Source: a virus. Taken from it: 64,000 nucleotides of DNA. Below the pieces are notes generated by a model. It was not told the DNA's origin. It ran no database searches and saw only the letters and a program-made list of their open reading frames with translations. Of the stretch, positions 49,593 to 60,270 are shown piece by piece (the stretch's first letter is position 1; every line of letters begins with the position of its first letter). Location: the IMG/VR virus record IMGVR_UViG_3300031251_000015, positions 3,599 through 67,598 of that record; one strand, 5' to 3'. A program made the translations under genes and the position numbers.

Positions 49593-50079
49593 TATGAGCC
49601 ATTTAAATAAGAAAATACAAACTGTTCCTTATGTGATAAATCATATAAACACGACTATTACTTCTGAACAATCCCCATTTGAGATGATAACAGAGGCTCC
49701 TTGGTTTGTACGATTAATAAGTAAGGGACAGTATTGTGTTTATAAGGAAACTGTGTATGTTCCATCTTTCCATCTAGAACTAGTCAAATCTGCTCATGAA
49801 GAAGATAGAACGTTAGCCACATCCAAAGTTCTTCCATGTATTATGCTGTTACATGACTTTAAAAGCGTTTCTTTATTTAGAATGATTAAGTTTTTGTATA
49901 CTTTAAAATATCAATTACATTACTTTTTATACGAATTCTTATTTTTAAAAGCCGCTGATAGTAGATTTTATGAATTAGTTACCATGGGGTTCTTGACAAG
50001 TAGAAAACAGTATCTAACAAAAGTGCCTCCTGAAATAATAGAGGCACAATTGCGTGAGATACTAGAAACTAATTCGTAA
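49570..50079 (+). CDS. Hypothetical protein
   Basis: ORF; likely start is ATG 49594. Confidence 0.5.
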   Translation: MDPAIKHNMSHLNKKIQTVPYVINHINTTITSEQSPFEMITEAPWFVRLISKGQYCVYKETVYVPSFHLELVKSAHEEDRTLATSKVLPCIMLLHDFKSVSLFRMIKFLYTLKYQLHYFLYEFLFLKAADSRFYELVTMGFLTSRKQYLTKVPPEIIEAQLREILETNS

Positions 50080-52930
50080 TTAGTCTAGGGTCATTATGAT
50101 GAATAACAGTACCATCATCATTTTTAGGTACATTAAAGTTCTTAAATACAGTAGTTCTACGTTTTGGTTTTTCAGGTGCCGGATTGATAATTTCTTCCGG
50201 CACTTCTCCTTTTAGAACAGCGTCAATATCAGCATTCATATATCGTTCAGCTTCAGCCGATTCTTTTTCATCGGCTGTTTTTGGTTTATCTACTACATTA
50301 ACCAAGGGAACTTCATGTGGACTATTTATTCTTTGTGCTCCAATGATTAGTCCCTGCATAGCTTTTGATAGTCTACTATTCCCTAATTTAGTTTTTATAG
50401 CTGTCATGTTAGCTTCTAATAGCTGTTTTAGTAGAGTCCAATTACCTTCTTCAGCTGACTTAATGGCTTTCTGAAAATTAAGTCCAGTTTTACCTTTAAA
50501 GAAAGACAATAACCAACTCTTCATATCTTTAAAATTATCAGCAAAAGTTGGGTTGAGCATAGGGTCAAACTCTTCTACCGGAAGATCTTTAATCTCATTA
50601 AACTTATCCATTATTTTATTTATTACACTTGGTGGAGCTAAACTACGCAACGTTCCCTGTATTAGATCTGGTTTGGCTTGTCCTATATTAATATATGTAG
50701 CTGGATTTTTAGCAAAGTCAATTAGAAATAATCCGAGTTTATATAATACTATTCCTATTTGTTGCAGCACAGGGAGTAAGGATACTACAAAAGCATGGAT
50801 AACAGCGTCTTGTAGTATTTGTCCTGAATTATCTACCTCTTCGTTTATTTCAGAAGATGGCGTTTTTAAAGCTATTAAGACTTCTATATTTTTCTGTAAC
50901 GCTGTTTTTTGATTTGGTTTAATAGCACTAAACTGACCTTTAGCATATTGATCATTATTAATAGTGGTTAAAAAAGCTTTGAGTTCGTCTAATGTAAAGT
51001 TTTTAAGATCGGCGGCTAATTGTTTCTCATCCTTTTTTTCGTTATTAATAGTCAAAATACGATTACCAGTTTCATCAGTTCTCATAATACAATTCAAAGA
51101 TTTAACCAATTCTTTAGCGGCTTTTGTAAGATTTTTTTCAAGTTCTCCACCATACAACTGCTTATCCTCTGAACCCACTAATAAATTACTAATCACTTTT
51201 TTATCAAAATATTTTTCAGCATTTCGTAATAACTCTATAGGCGTTTTGCTTGATTGTATGTTATTTAATATTTCTTCCATTTTTTCTTTTGACAGACTAT
51301 TTATCTGAAGTTTAGTATAAGTAACTAATTTATCTTTAAATAACTTATCTGCTGTAACTGCGATTCTTCCAGTAGTGTTAATAAAGTCAGGCACTACTTC
51401 GTCAGATAGCCCCAGGGCTATTTTAGCCATTTGCTTTTCAATTGCCGGTTTATTCATAAATAAAAAGTCAGTCAACCCATATTTACGTATAATTTTATAC
51501 ATTATTTGTTCTATATGATTAGTAATATCCTCAGTTATAGGTACCTCAGCGCCAGATAGTGTTATTAAATAACTAACACAAGTTAGCACGTCTACTTGCA
51601 GATTAGATATACGAATATTTCCTGTAGGCAAGTAGTCAGTTGAATTATCATATAAATACTTTAGTAAATTAACATCCACTAACTTTGTATTAGTTCTATC
51701 TACGTTAAACACTTTAACTTTGTAATTGTCTGGTTCGGCAGACCAATCCATAAGTAATCTACCAACGCAGCTGGCATAACTCATGGAACTAAAATAGGCA
51801 TGTAAAAAATTATTGCTACTAAATATAACGTTATCTTTTACCGATTGTTCAGATTGCTTTACGTCCGCATCAGAAAATACTCGTTCTCTATTCCCACTCT
51901 CTTTTTCGTCTTTAAAGGGTATTTCTTTTTCAGCCTCTAGTTCGGCATCTATACTCATGTTAAACCCTGGAACGATATTTCTTTTAGTTGCCTGTTGTTT
52001 ACGAGTGTTTAACTCTTTTTCACGATCATTGGGATTAAATATACGACGATATATACGTTCATCAATATACGGAATATTAGCTGGTGTGGCAACTACATAT
52101 AACCGTAATATACAATTTACGTATTTAGTTTCCAAAGAATCTTTTACATCCTCTACACTAGAAACTGAATCATTTTCAAAGTTTTGTGAGGTTGGAACTC
52201 TATTAGCCTCCTTTAAGAAACATATAGATTTAGTGATGAATTGTTCTGGAAGTTTTATGTCCTGTTGGTCTATAAACTTGGTAAGTAAATCAGGCTTACT
52301 TCCAAGAATATCCTGTATATTTTTCGGCAAAGAGTTATATATTTGATGAAAATATCGTAAATCACCGTTGCTTGGAAAGAATAACTTTTGGTATAATCCA
52401 GATTTAAGTCTGGTAAAATCTCCTGGAATAGCACTAAAAGAAGATGCTTTCCCCTTGGATGCTGTTGATCCCATTCTTTGATACGGTATATACCCATTCC
52501 AATAATAATATTTACATCTAATTAAAGATATTGCAAGATTTTTAATTAAATCTTCACCAGAAAGAAGGTCTTTTAAACTATGTACTTTGGCATTAGCTAA
52601 TACTACTTGTTTATTTTCTTTTCTAAACTTTTCTATAATTGCTGCCAATTCAGTAGCAAACTGAACGCTATTATTTTCTACTTCATTTTCCATTACAAGT
52701 TTTTCATAACTGTAATTAGCTTCCTTGGCCATTTTGTATAGCTTGTTAAACGATGACGAAGTTATTAAGGTAGATGCAGCTTCTTCATCAGTTATACTAT
52801 CGTCATCCTCTTCTTCGGTTTCTTCTTCTTCGGTAGGATCTAATGGATTTGACCCCGGCTCTAACACATCATCGTTAGACTCATTTTCTTCTAATAACCT
52901 TAAAAGTATATTTTTTATATTGGTATCCAT
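50069..52930 (-). CDS. 953-aa protein of unknown function, probably head-internal
   Basis: RLLE|E N-terminus then an acidic tract; late box 4 nt before the ATG. Confidence 0.5.
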   Translation of the reverse strand: MDTNIKNILLRLLEENESNDDVLEPGSNPLDPTEEEETEEEDDDSITDEEAASTLITSSSFNKLYKMAKEANYSYEKLVMENEVENNSVQFATELAAIIEKFRKENKQVVLANAKVHSLKDLLSGEDLIKNLAISLIRCKYYYWNGYIPYQRMGSTASKGKASSFSAIPGDFTRLKSGLYQKLFFPSNGDLRYFHQIYNSLPKNIQDILGSKPDLLTKFIDQQDIKLPEQFITKSICFLKEANRVPTSQNFENDSVSSVEDVKDSLETKYVNCILRLYVVATPANIPYIDERIYRRIFNPNDREKELNTRKQQATKRNIVPGFNMSIDAELEAEKEIPFKDEKESGNRERVFSDADVKQSEQSVKDNVIFSSNNFLHAYFSSMSYASCVGRLLMDWSAEPDNYKVKVFNVDRTNTKLVDVNLLKYLYDNSTDYLPTGNIRISNLQVDVLTCVSYLITLSGAEVPITEDITNHIEQIMYKIIRKYGLTDFLFMNKPAIEKQMAKIALGLSDEVVPDFINTTGRIAVTADKLFKDKLVTYTKLQINSLSKEKMEEILNNIQSSKTPIELLRNAEKYFDKKVISNLLVGSEDKQLYGGELEKNLTKAAKELVKSLNCIMRTDETGNRILTINNEKKDEKQLAADLKNFTLDELKAFLTTINNDQYAKGQFSAIKPNQKTALQKNIEVLIALKTPSSEINEEVDNSGQILQDAVIHAFVVSLLPVLQQIGIVLYKLGLFLIDFAKNPATYINIGQAKPDLIQGTLRSLAPPSVINKIMDKFNEIKDLPVEEFDPMLNPTFADNFKDMKSWLLSFFKGKTGLNFQKAIKSAEEGNWTLLKQLLEANMTAIKTKLGNSRLSKAMQGLIIGAQRINSPHEVPLVNVVDKPKTADEKESAEAERYMNADIDAVLKGEVPEEIINPAPEKPKRRTTVFKNFNVPKNDDGTVIHHNDPRLITN

Positions 52931-52941
52931 ATATTTAATTC

Positions 52942-55515
52942 TTATATACTAAATTGTGAGTTTTGTGTTATAGCTATGATAGTAGCACCATACGACAAAA
53001 CATCATTTTTAATTATTGTATTAGTATTTGCGTAATGAGAATAATAAAAACTACTTTCTAATGCCGGATACCCATAACCGCCACCAATAACTATACTGTT
53101 ATATAAATTTTCTATATCGTTGCTTATAGTATTAGTTTCTATACAATAAATATAATCCATTAACACAGCTCGCATAGCATACTCCTTACTACCAGCAGCA
53201 CCAGTAAGTGGATCTGTGTCTGACCATATTAGATTACTGTTGCTTTTAGTTAATAAAGAATATAACGAATTAGCTCTGGTATTTATAAATTGTATAGCAA
53301 TATCTATATTATTGGCAGGACTTGTGTAAGAAGCTAATTGTGCCGAATCATCTTTAATATACTTTGCAACTACCGGTGATATTTGATAAACACCAACTCT
53401 TCCATTTATTGAGGGAGGATTTGGATTACCCTTACATGCCAATAACAATATAGCTTTTAGTATTTTAGGAGTTATACGAGAAGCAATTTCATTTTTATTG
53501 GGTTGAATGTAATTTTTCCATCCTTGATTTATTAAGTCATCATAAGTGCTAAATGGGAACTTAATTTGATTTATAGCATCTTGAGCAACGTCAGCCGCAT
53601 ATCCATTTTTTGTTATCTGACTTAATGATTTACCTAGTGTACCACCAGCTAAATTATAATAAATGTTCGAAGTGCTTTGTTTTAAAGCATCATTCATATC
53701 ATTTTTTCTATTGTCATCTATTCGTTGAAATATTCTAGGTATATTATATTTCTTAAATACATTTTTATCAGTATTTACAGGAAAATCTGTAAAGGCAGAA
53801 ATAGCTTGATTTGTAAATCCAGTCCCAGCAAAGGATTTTATCACCTGTCTGGCTCTAGTATAAACAGCCATACAGGAATTGAATATACCTCCAAGTACAT
53901 CGAACACTAGATTTCTATTTATTTTAAATTCGGCACTACCAGGAGTATACAGTTTAAAGTTACCATCTGGATCAAACCCAAGGTAAGCACCTGACGGATG
54001 TCTTAAAAATACCTGCTCTGCCCCAGGATCTAACGACATTTCTATACCAATTGGTTTATCATAGTTATAATTATTAGCAATAGTCCATGCCTGTGTAAAG
54101 GAATCTATTTGATTAGCACCAACATTTACTGTAGTTTTTATATTAGTTCCTTGAACTTTATTTCCCAACCATTGTTTTAAAGGATCAATAAATATACTAT
54201 GATTATGTTGCGAAGTTGTTCTATCAGTAATTGCTTGAGTAGGACTTGCCGATGTAAACACTTCCCAGTGTAAATGTGCTCCAGTAGTGTGTCCACCAGA
54301 ACCGGCAGCACCAACCGCACCACCAGTTATGCCTAATGTGCTTCCTACACTATATTTGTTACCTTGTATACCACTTACTGAAGATAAGTGCATAAAAGTA
54401 TGATAATAGTTATCAGCACCTTGGTATATTATATAGTTACCAGCAGTACTGCTACCAAGTTTTACGTAAACTACAGTACCATCAATAGGAGCTACTAATG
54501 TTGTTGTTCTAGTTGAAGTATTAAAAGTTAAATCAATACCATCATGCCACTCACCATTAGCCCTCGTACACCCAAAAGTCTGACCTTGTTGTAGGCTTGG
54601 AGCATTCCATGATATATTAGTTGGAATAGGCAGTTGTTTAGTTATAGTTATATTAGGAGTAGTATCTAATGGAGCTGGTGTATTATTTAAATTAGCATTT
54701 TGTACTGTAGAAGTTAATGTAGTAGTTGTGGCAGAAGGATGTAATAAATCTATGTTAATAATTGGATTAGTAGTATTGATAGTAGAATTTCTTACTCTAA
54801 ATGGAGCTGATTGTGTTGTTGGAAAGTTTGGATATGCTGAGCTAAAAGCTTGATATATATTTCCAAATTCAGTAGTGACAGCTTGTTGGGTTAATGGAAT
54901 AGCACCACCAAGAAATATTTCTTCTTGACCCTCAACATCGCTTAGCAAAAGAGAATAACCTTTCTCGCTTTGTATTTGATACGATTGTACTACTGAATCA
55001 TAGGTTAAATCTACGGTAGGAGTGATGGGTGTTCCTGGAGTTATTTCAAATAATGGTGTTTTTCTTACCGATTGAGCAAGATCTGTTTCATGAAATACAG
55101 AACCTAAAACTATTGGATAATTAGGATCGTCATCTTCAAATGTAACTATTACTTCAGTGCCTATTTTAGGTATGTTAAATACACCAAAATTTGATATTGT
55201 TGCTCCGTTATTTAAGTCACTAGTAGATGCCCAATTATGTCCTAATACTGGTGCCCAAGGCAAACAAGCTACCGAATCTGGATTAGTTATATCACCAAGT
55301 CTGTTGGTAGTTTTTCCACTTTCATTTAAGTTATACGGATTAGCCGGGTCATTCTGTAGCATTCCGCCGTGAAGAAGCGGAATCCAAACCTTAACTCTCC
55401 CAGATTGTAGTGGATCATTAATATCTACAACAAGACCTCTAGTTATATTTCCCGATACACCTTGACTAGTATACTTAAAAAAATCTCTAGTTGAAAAATC
55501 TACAGTTTCTGGCAT
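52942..55515 (-). CDS. Baseplate hub/spike (gp5-like) with M23 peptidase and degenerate SLT domain
   Basis: VVDINDPLQSGRVKV..P, LPWA, PKIG.EV.V.FE.DD.NYPIVLG OB-fold; H.GID, HL, TGAHLHWEV (M23); HPSG. Confidence 0.85.
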   Translation of the reverse strand: MPETVDFSTRDFFKYTSQGVSGNITRGLVVDINDPLQSGRVKVWIPLLHGGMLQNDPANPYNLNESGKTTNRLGDITNPDSVACLPWAPVLGHNWASTSDLNNGATISNFGVFNIPKIGTEVIVTFEDDDPNYPIVLGSVFHETDLAQSVRKTPLFEITPGTPITPTVDLTYDSVVQSYQIQSEKGYSLLLSDVEGQEEIFLGGAIPLTQQAVTTEFGNIYQAFSSAYPNFPTTQSAPFRVRNSTINTTNPIINIDLLHPSATTTTLTSTVQNANLNNTPAPLDTTPNITITKQLPIPTNISWNAPSLQQGQTFGCTRANGEWHDGIDLTFNTSTRTTTLVAPIDGTVVYVKLGSSTAGNYIIYQGADNYYHTFMHLSSVSGIQGNKYSVGSTLGITGGAVGAAGSGGHTTGAHLHWEVFTSASPTQAITDRTTSQHNHSIFIDPLKQWLGNKVQGTNIKTTVNVGANQIDSFTQAWTIANNYNYDKPIGIEMSLDPGAEQVFLRHPSGAYLGFDPDGNFKLYTPGSAEFKINRNLVFDVLGGIFNSCMAVYTRARQVIKSFAGTGFTNQAISAFTDFPVNTDKNVFKKYNIPRIFQRIDDNRKNDMNDALKQSTSNIYYNLAGGTLGKSLSQITKNGYAADVAQDAINQIKFPFSTYDDLINQGWKNYIQPNKNEIASRITPKILKAILLLACKGNPNPPSINGRVGVYQISPVVAKYIKDDSAQLASYTSPANNIDIAIQFINTRANSLYSLLTKSNSNLIWSDTDPLTGAAGSKEYAMRAVLMDYIYCIETNTISNDIENLYNSIVIGGGYGYPALESSFYYSHYANTNTIIKNDVLSYGATIIAITQNSQFSI

Positions 55516-55516
55516 G

Positions 55517-55858
55517 TTAACCTAGTATAGAATTGACAGAACTTAAATCAGCTACTAATAATTGTGTTCCGGTAGACAGTGTAGAAAATGGGTCAATTAT
55601 TCCATTAAACCATAATACTAACCACCAGTAATCCTCTGAACCATACAATGTATTTGCTATTAAATCAGCCCTATTTTCAAAAGACGCTGGAATTATATAA
55701 GTTCCTACAACTGGAATAGCTGATCTGTATGATGATGGCAATGGAAAGTAGGTTTTATATTTTTTTGATGGAGAAAATATACCACCTTTGTTACTCCATA
55801 AAGCTTGTGGTGATGGAGCCTGTATTACGTTACCATTCCAATCAACTATAAGACTCAT
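55517..55858 (-). CDS. Baseplate wedge protein (gp53-like)
   Basis: RADLIA..LYGSEDYWWLVL.FNGIIDPF. Confidence 0.85.
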   Translation of the reverse strand: MSLIVDWNGNVIQAPSPQALWSNKGGIFSPSKKYKTYFPLPSSYRSAIPVVGTYIIPASFENRADLIANTLYGSEDYWWLVLWFNGIIDPFSTLSTGTQLLVADLSSVNSILG

Positions 55859-55917
55859 ATATGTTTCCTTAAAGTTAATTCCTGTTATTGACGATACTTT
55901 ATGCAGAGGAGTAATTT

Positions 55918-56949
55918 ATGACTACATCTTTGACAACAACATACACAGTAACCCCAGTTACTTTTGGATACGGTTCCAGCGTATATCCGATGCCGCCTGT
56001 ATGCACTAATTACCCAGTTAATATAGGAGGTAACTACTATCCAACATTTCCTGGAGTTATTTCGAATAATTATGTTCAAAATAACTGGTCTAATTGTCGT
56101 AATACCTACGATTTATCTAAAATGACTGATAGTAAAGATTTTATATTCACTTGCCTTAAACAAATTATAAAAGACATATTATATATATTACCATGTCCTC
56201 TTGATGTTACTTATGATAAAATGTCAAGTAATTATTTTTCATTGGTAGAAAATGATTTAGATGGTGATATAAACACAGCTACAGATATACGTGAATTTTT
56301 TAAAACTAATAGAAGTTTAGCAGTAGTAGCATATGATATCCATTTAAACAGACTTGAAATGTCTTCAATGTTTAGTGAAGAATCCCCAGTTTCTAATATA
56401 GATAACTTACTAGATGATAAATTACAAATTAAAGAAAATAAAGAAGAATACTTTATGTCATTAAAATCAAGGTTTTTACCATTAGTTAATCTGCGTCTAT
56501 TAAATATCACAGATAATATTATTTTGACGTTTGAAAAAGATCTGAAACAAGGTATTTTACCGTTTATTCATACTTCTAATTATCTTTTTAATCCCCTATA
56601 TAATAGTAAATCAGAGGGTCAAAAAGCCTCTGATCTGTTATCTTCGTTAACTTCTGAAGCTCTACTAATAGACAAGTCACATTTACCAGACATTCAGCCT
56701 TATTTTTCTCCAGAATATTGTTATTTATCTTTACAAAATAAAGAAGTGATACAAGAAGCATTGGAGACTTTTGATAAATCTAAAGAAGGACTGATAAATT
56801 TTTTAAATAAAATAACAGTCCCCGGAACTAACGTAATACCTTTTATAGAAACAATGATAGACCATTGTGCTATGAATCAAAATATAGTGAATATAGAACG
56901 ATATGCTTACATAACTTTACGACATTTAATTGAATCTAATTTGATTTAA
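55918..56949 (+). CDS. Hypothetical protein
   Basis: GAGGAG RBS; promoter box at 55889. Confidence 0.55.
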   Translation: MTTSLTTTYTVTPVTFGYGSSVYPMPPVCTNYPVNIGGNYYPTFPGVISNNYVQNNWSNCRNTYDLSKMTDSKDFIFTCLKQIIKDILYILPCPLDVTYDKMSSNYFSLVENDLDGDINTATDIREFFKTNRSLAVVAYDIHLNRLEMSSMFSEESPVSNIDNLLDDKLQIKENKEEYFMSLKSRFLPLVNLRLLNITDNIILTFEKDLKQGILPFIHTSNYLFNPLYNSKSEGQKASDLLSSLTSEALLIDKSHLPDIQPYFSPEYCYLSLQNKEVIQEALETFDKSKEGLINFLNKITVPGTNVIPFIETMIDHCAMNQNIVNIERYAYITLRHLIESNLI

Positions 56950-56970
56950 TAAGCTAACTAACAAAAGTAT

Positions 56971-57002
56971 ACCTCCAATGTAGTTATTGGAGGTTATTTT
57001 TT
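56971..57002 (+). terminator. Intrinsic terminator
   Basis: ACCTCCAAT-GTAGTT-ATTGGAGGT-TATTTTTT. Confidence 0.7.
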
Positions 57003-57018
57003 ATAGCAATTAAATTAT

Positions 57019-57252
57019 ATGATAATACTTTCAACACTTCCAAAAAACTCATTAGGAATAGTTAAAATACTAAATGTAAACCAGTCTACCATAACAAAGT
57101 TAGAGACTTTGGGAATTACAATAGGTACAAAAATAAAGTTAAAACGAATAGAAGAACGAGATATAATTATAGAATCTTATATAGAAGGTAATAAAGTTAA
57201 AGCAACTTTATCTATAGACGATGCTCTTAAAATTCTAATAAATCCTATCTAA
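57019..57252 (+). CDS. FeoA-domain protein
   Basis: LSTL......VK.L.......KL.TLGI..GTKIK.......II........L..DDA.KI.I, the FeoA pattern. Confidence 0.65.
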   Translation: MIILSTLPKNSLGIVKILNVNQSTITKLETLGITIGTKIKLKRIEERDIIIESYIEGNKVKATLSIDDALKILINPI

Positions 57253-57585
57253 CACTCTGGCAGTAATCCAATTGTAAGAAAGTAATTTTAAAGTATGTTT
57301 AAGTAGGTCTTCATTTATTATATCTTTTGGCATTCCAACTATATCAAACTCTTCAGCATCTGGTGGAAGATCATATTCTAATAAAGAAGTTTTACCTATC
57401 TCGTAATCTATTCTTGGCGCTCCCCAATAAAATGAAGTATCACCAGTCATTAGTGAAATTAGTTTATTAGCGGCTATGGTATCTTCACATAAGGCCACTT
57501 CGGATTTTCTGTGTTTTAATGTTACATATTCACCAGTAGGAATATGTAACACAGCATATACACTATTGGACATGAGACACAACAC
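57235..57585 (-). CDS. Hypothetical protein (small paralog family)
   Basis: YAVLHIPTGEYV...EFDIV. Confidence 0.5.
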   Translation of the reverse strand: MLCLMSNSVYAVLHIPTGEYVTLKHRKSEVALCEDTIAANKLISLMTGDTSFYWGAPRIDYEIGKTSLLEYDLPPDAEEFDIVGMPKDIINEDLLKHTLKLLSYNWITARVLDRIY

Positions 57586-58399
57586 TACTTGCTAAATCTG
57601 TTAATTGCTTAACTAAAAGAATAAAAAACTTATGTCTTACTTTTGAATCTACTAAATTATCTAAAAATTTTGTTTGTATATCTTGAGAGAATTCGTTTTT
57701 AATGTTTGGAATAATTTTACTGCGTATAAATTGTTCTTGTTGTTGTGGTGTTTTATCTTTAAATTCTTGCTTATATTTATAAAATAACTGTAAAGCTAAA
57801 TCATGTGAGTATGGTCCTAACTCATCCTTGGAATTAGCATACTCTGATTCTGTTTTATATATAGGCTTATTCAGTACAGTATCAATTTCTCGCCACTCAA
57901 ACGGTGGGAGTATGCTAACTAATTTATCTATTCCAAGGTTTATTACAGCTTTGGTATCTTGTTCTGCATGTATTAACTCATGGTATAAGCTTTGAATTAC
58001 TGTTTTTGCTGGGATTTCTTCTAGTCTAAATAAATAAATAACAATTCTTACTTTAATTTTTTTATAATTTTTGATTGTATTAGTAACATTGGCTACATTA
58101 AAGGTACATTTTCCGTATGCTCCGTCACATTCGTTAGTTTTATAAAAATTACAAGATAATGATTCCAATGTTATACCAGCTTTATGTAATAATTTTTTAA
58201 AATATTCTCGTATTATGTGTTCTAACATCATATCAGATACTTGCGAAGTCCACTTTGAACTATTCAAAACCAATTTTAACCATGATTCTTGATTTTGAGT
58301 ATATTGTTCTATGCTCGACCAAAGATCATTAGTGACTCCCAAGGCCATTTCAGTTAGATTTTCACGCTGTATAAACGATGTATGACTTATGGATACCAT
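57563..58399 (-). CDS. Zincin-like (HExxH) protein
   Basis: LYHELIHAEQD...EY.NS.DE..PY; NLTE|MA site. Confidence 0.6.
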   Translation of the reverse strand: MVSISHTSFIQRENLTEMALGVTNDLWSSIEQYTQNQESWLKLVLNSSKWTSQVSDMMLEHIIREYFKKLLHKAGITLESLSCNFYKTNECDGAYGKCTFNVANVTNTIKNYKKIKVRIVIYLFRLEEIPAKTVIQSLYHELIHAEQDTKAVINLGIDKLVSILPPFEWREIDTVLNKPIYKTESEYANSKDELGPYSHDLALQLFYKYKQEFKDKTPQQQEQFIRSKIIPNIKNEFSQDIQTKFLDNLVDSKVRHKFFILLVKQLTDLASSVVSHVQ

Positions 58400-58479
58400 A
58401 TAATTAATTTACTCTAAAAAGTACTCTTCAGATGTAGTATCGGATATATATAGAATTAAGTAAATAAATAGAGATTATT

Positions 58480-58881
58480 ATGACAACAGCTAAAAAAACA
58501 ACGGCAATGAACTCGACTTACTCTGGTATTTCGTTTCCTCCAAGGAAGGGCGCTGGAACAGGATTTTTTGCTATGTCAACTGATACAGACTTAATTACTA
58601 ACAGCATTCAGGTTCTTTTAAACACTAAAAAAGGGTCAATGCCAATGGTGCCCTCGTTTGGAAGCAGCGCACAGGATTTATTATTTGAGCCAATAAATGA
58701 TACTACACAAGGGTTAATAGTAAGTGCCATACAAGCAGATATAACTAAGTGGGAACCCCGTGTTTCCGTTGTTCAAATCATGGCGGCAAGCACTGACAAC
58801 ACCCGTATATTTCAGCTTACCCTACAAATAAAAGCCACAGGTCAAATAATTACTCAAACAATTCCCTTATCAGCTATGTAG
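58480..58881 (+). CDS. Baseplate wedge subunit (gp25-like)
   Basis: LI.NSI..LLNTKKG..PM.PSFGS...LLFEP...I.KWEPRV. Confidence 0.92.
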   Translation: MTTAKKTTAMNSTYSGISFPPRKGAGTGFFAMSTDTDLITNSIQVLLNTKKGSMPMVPSFGSSAQDLLFEPINDTTQGLIVSAIQADITKWEPRVSVVQIMAASTDNTRIFQLTLQIKATGQIITQTIPLSAM

Positions 58882-58909
58882 TATTGACGATACTATATAG
58901 GGAAGTAAG

Positions 58910-59260
58910 ATGCTATTTTATATTACAATTTTATTTACGCTATTGCTGGGCGCTTTACTTACAGAGGGTATTTTTAGCTATCTTCTACACATAAATCTAA
59001 AAGATAATCGCCAATATATTTATACATATCTACTAAAAAATGAAAACGATATAACATTAGAGGAATATACATTAAAAACATTTTTTCCAAAGTATTTTGT
59101 AATTTTACTTTATTTTATATTAAGTTTATTAATCGGTAATTCACTACCTCATTTTTATTCAATTATATTATATACAGCTTCTTTAACTGGATTAATAGGT
59201 TTACGAGTTTATAACAGGCATATTTTCAATAACATTTGGCAAATTATTAATAAAGTGTAA
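58910..59260 (+). CDS. Membrane protein (about 3 TM)
   Basis: Hydrophobic segments; promoter box at 58885. Confidence 0.55.
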   Translation: MLFYITILFTLLLGALLTEGIFSYLLHINLKDNRQYIYTYLLKNENDITLEEYTLKTFFPKYFVILLYFILSLLIGNSLPHFYSIILYTASLTGLIGLRVYNRHIFNNIWQIINKV

Positions 59261-59263
59261 ATT

Positions 59264-59623
59264 ATGCATGATGTGCTTATGGTTAATCCTAGTGGATCGT
59301 TTGGACAAATAGATTTAATGGTTCAGCTAAAGTTGAACAAAGAAATAACTAACTTGATACACATCAGTAGCAAGTGTTCTGTAGCCATAGCCTCACGGTT
59401 AACCTTTTTATTGACTTCTGTAAATGAAGCAAGGTATAACTATCAAATAATCTCATATAAATATGTAATCTCAGATATACTAAGTCTCATGCCTGTTGAG
59501 TTATCAAATAACAATAATAGCTATAACGATAATTTAGAAAACTTTTTTATAGCCTTTGAAGATGTTATTTTAGAATCTTTCAATGTATTTGATTGGTGTA
59601 CAACTTCTGTAATAGTTTGTTAG
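59264..59623 (+). CDS. Hypothetical protein
   Basis: ORF. Confidence 0.45.
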   Translation: MHDVLMVNPSGSFGQIDLMVQLKLNKEITNLIHISSKCSVAIASRLTFLLTSVNEARYNYQIISYKYVISDILSLMPVELSNNNNSYNDNLENFFIAFEDVILESFNVFDWCTTSVIVC

Positions 59624-59713
59624 AATTAATTTTAGGTAGTATCCTGGCGGGTATACCTATTAATAACGAACGCCGTAAGGGTTCAAACAAACTGCCTTTT
59701 AAGGAGATAAGCA

Positions 59714-60163
59714 ATGAATGGGTTAGAAGCATTTAGAAATATTTCAATTGGAATGGACGCACTGATTGATAAGTTAGTAAAAGCAAACGATAGTGCCTTT
59801 CCTCCATATAATTTGTATAAAGTTAATGATAACAATTTTAAAATAGAGCTTGCTATGGCCGGATATCTAAAAGAGGATATTAGTATATCTGTCGAAAATG
59901 GTATCTTACTAATTTCAGCCAATAAAGCTTCTAATTTATATAGTCTTGTTACTGATAAAACTTCTTTTGATATAAAAGATAAAGATAATAATAATGTATG
60001 TCCAATACATAATGGCATTGCTGGTAGATGGTTTAATAAGAGTTTCCAGTTAGCCGATGATATTCTGGTAATAGGCGCATCTTTTAAGGAAGGTATTTTG
60101 ACAATAGATTTAACACAGCCAGAACCTCCTCCACCTACTACAAAAACTATAGCTATTAAGTAG
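59714..60163 (+). CDS. Small heat-shock protein (Hsp20/IbpA-like)
   Basis: FPPYNL, IELAMAGY.KEDI, HNGIAGR.F..SF.LA, A.FKEGILTI. Confidence 0.93.
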   Translation: MNGLEAFRNISIGMDALIDKLVKANDSAFPPYNLYKVNDNNFKIELAMAGYLKEDISISVENGILLISANKASNLYSLVTDKTSFDIKDKDNNNVCPIHNGIAGRWFNKSFQLADDILVIGASFKEGILTIDLTQPEPPPPTTKTIAIK

Positions 60164-60212
60164 TAATCATTACTGATAGTTATAGAAACAAACTTGTAAT
60201 ACTAATGTAGTA

Positions 60213-60241
60213 TTGACAATACTTTGCCAGGATATTATAAC
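60213..60241 (+). promoter_or_regulatory. Near-consensus sigma70 promoter
   Basis: TTGACA-N17-TATAAC. Confidence 0.55.
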
Positions 60242-60270
60242 AGCTCTAAAAAAATTAGAGCTGTTTTTTT
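60239..60270 (+). terminator. Intrinsic terminator after Hsp20
   Basis: AACAGCTCTAA-AAAAA-TTAGAGCTGTT-TTTTT. Confidence 0.7.

Noticed and set aside
6616-59801. Many ORF-track entries nested in or antisense to real genes (e.g. 6616+, 8508+, 11283+, 27908-, 29672-, 33195-, 42732-, 45143+, 50184-52346+, 59683-)
   Set aside because: Shadow frames caused by codon bias; no RBS or motifs.
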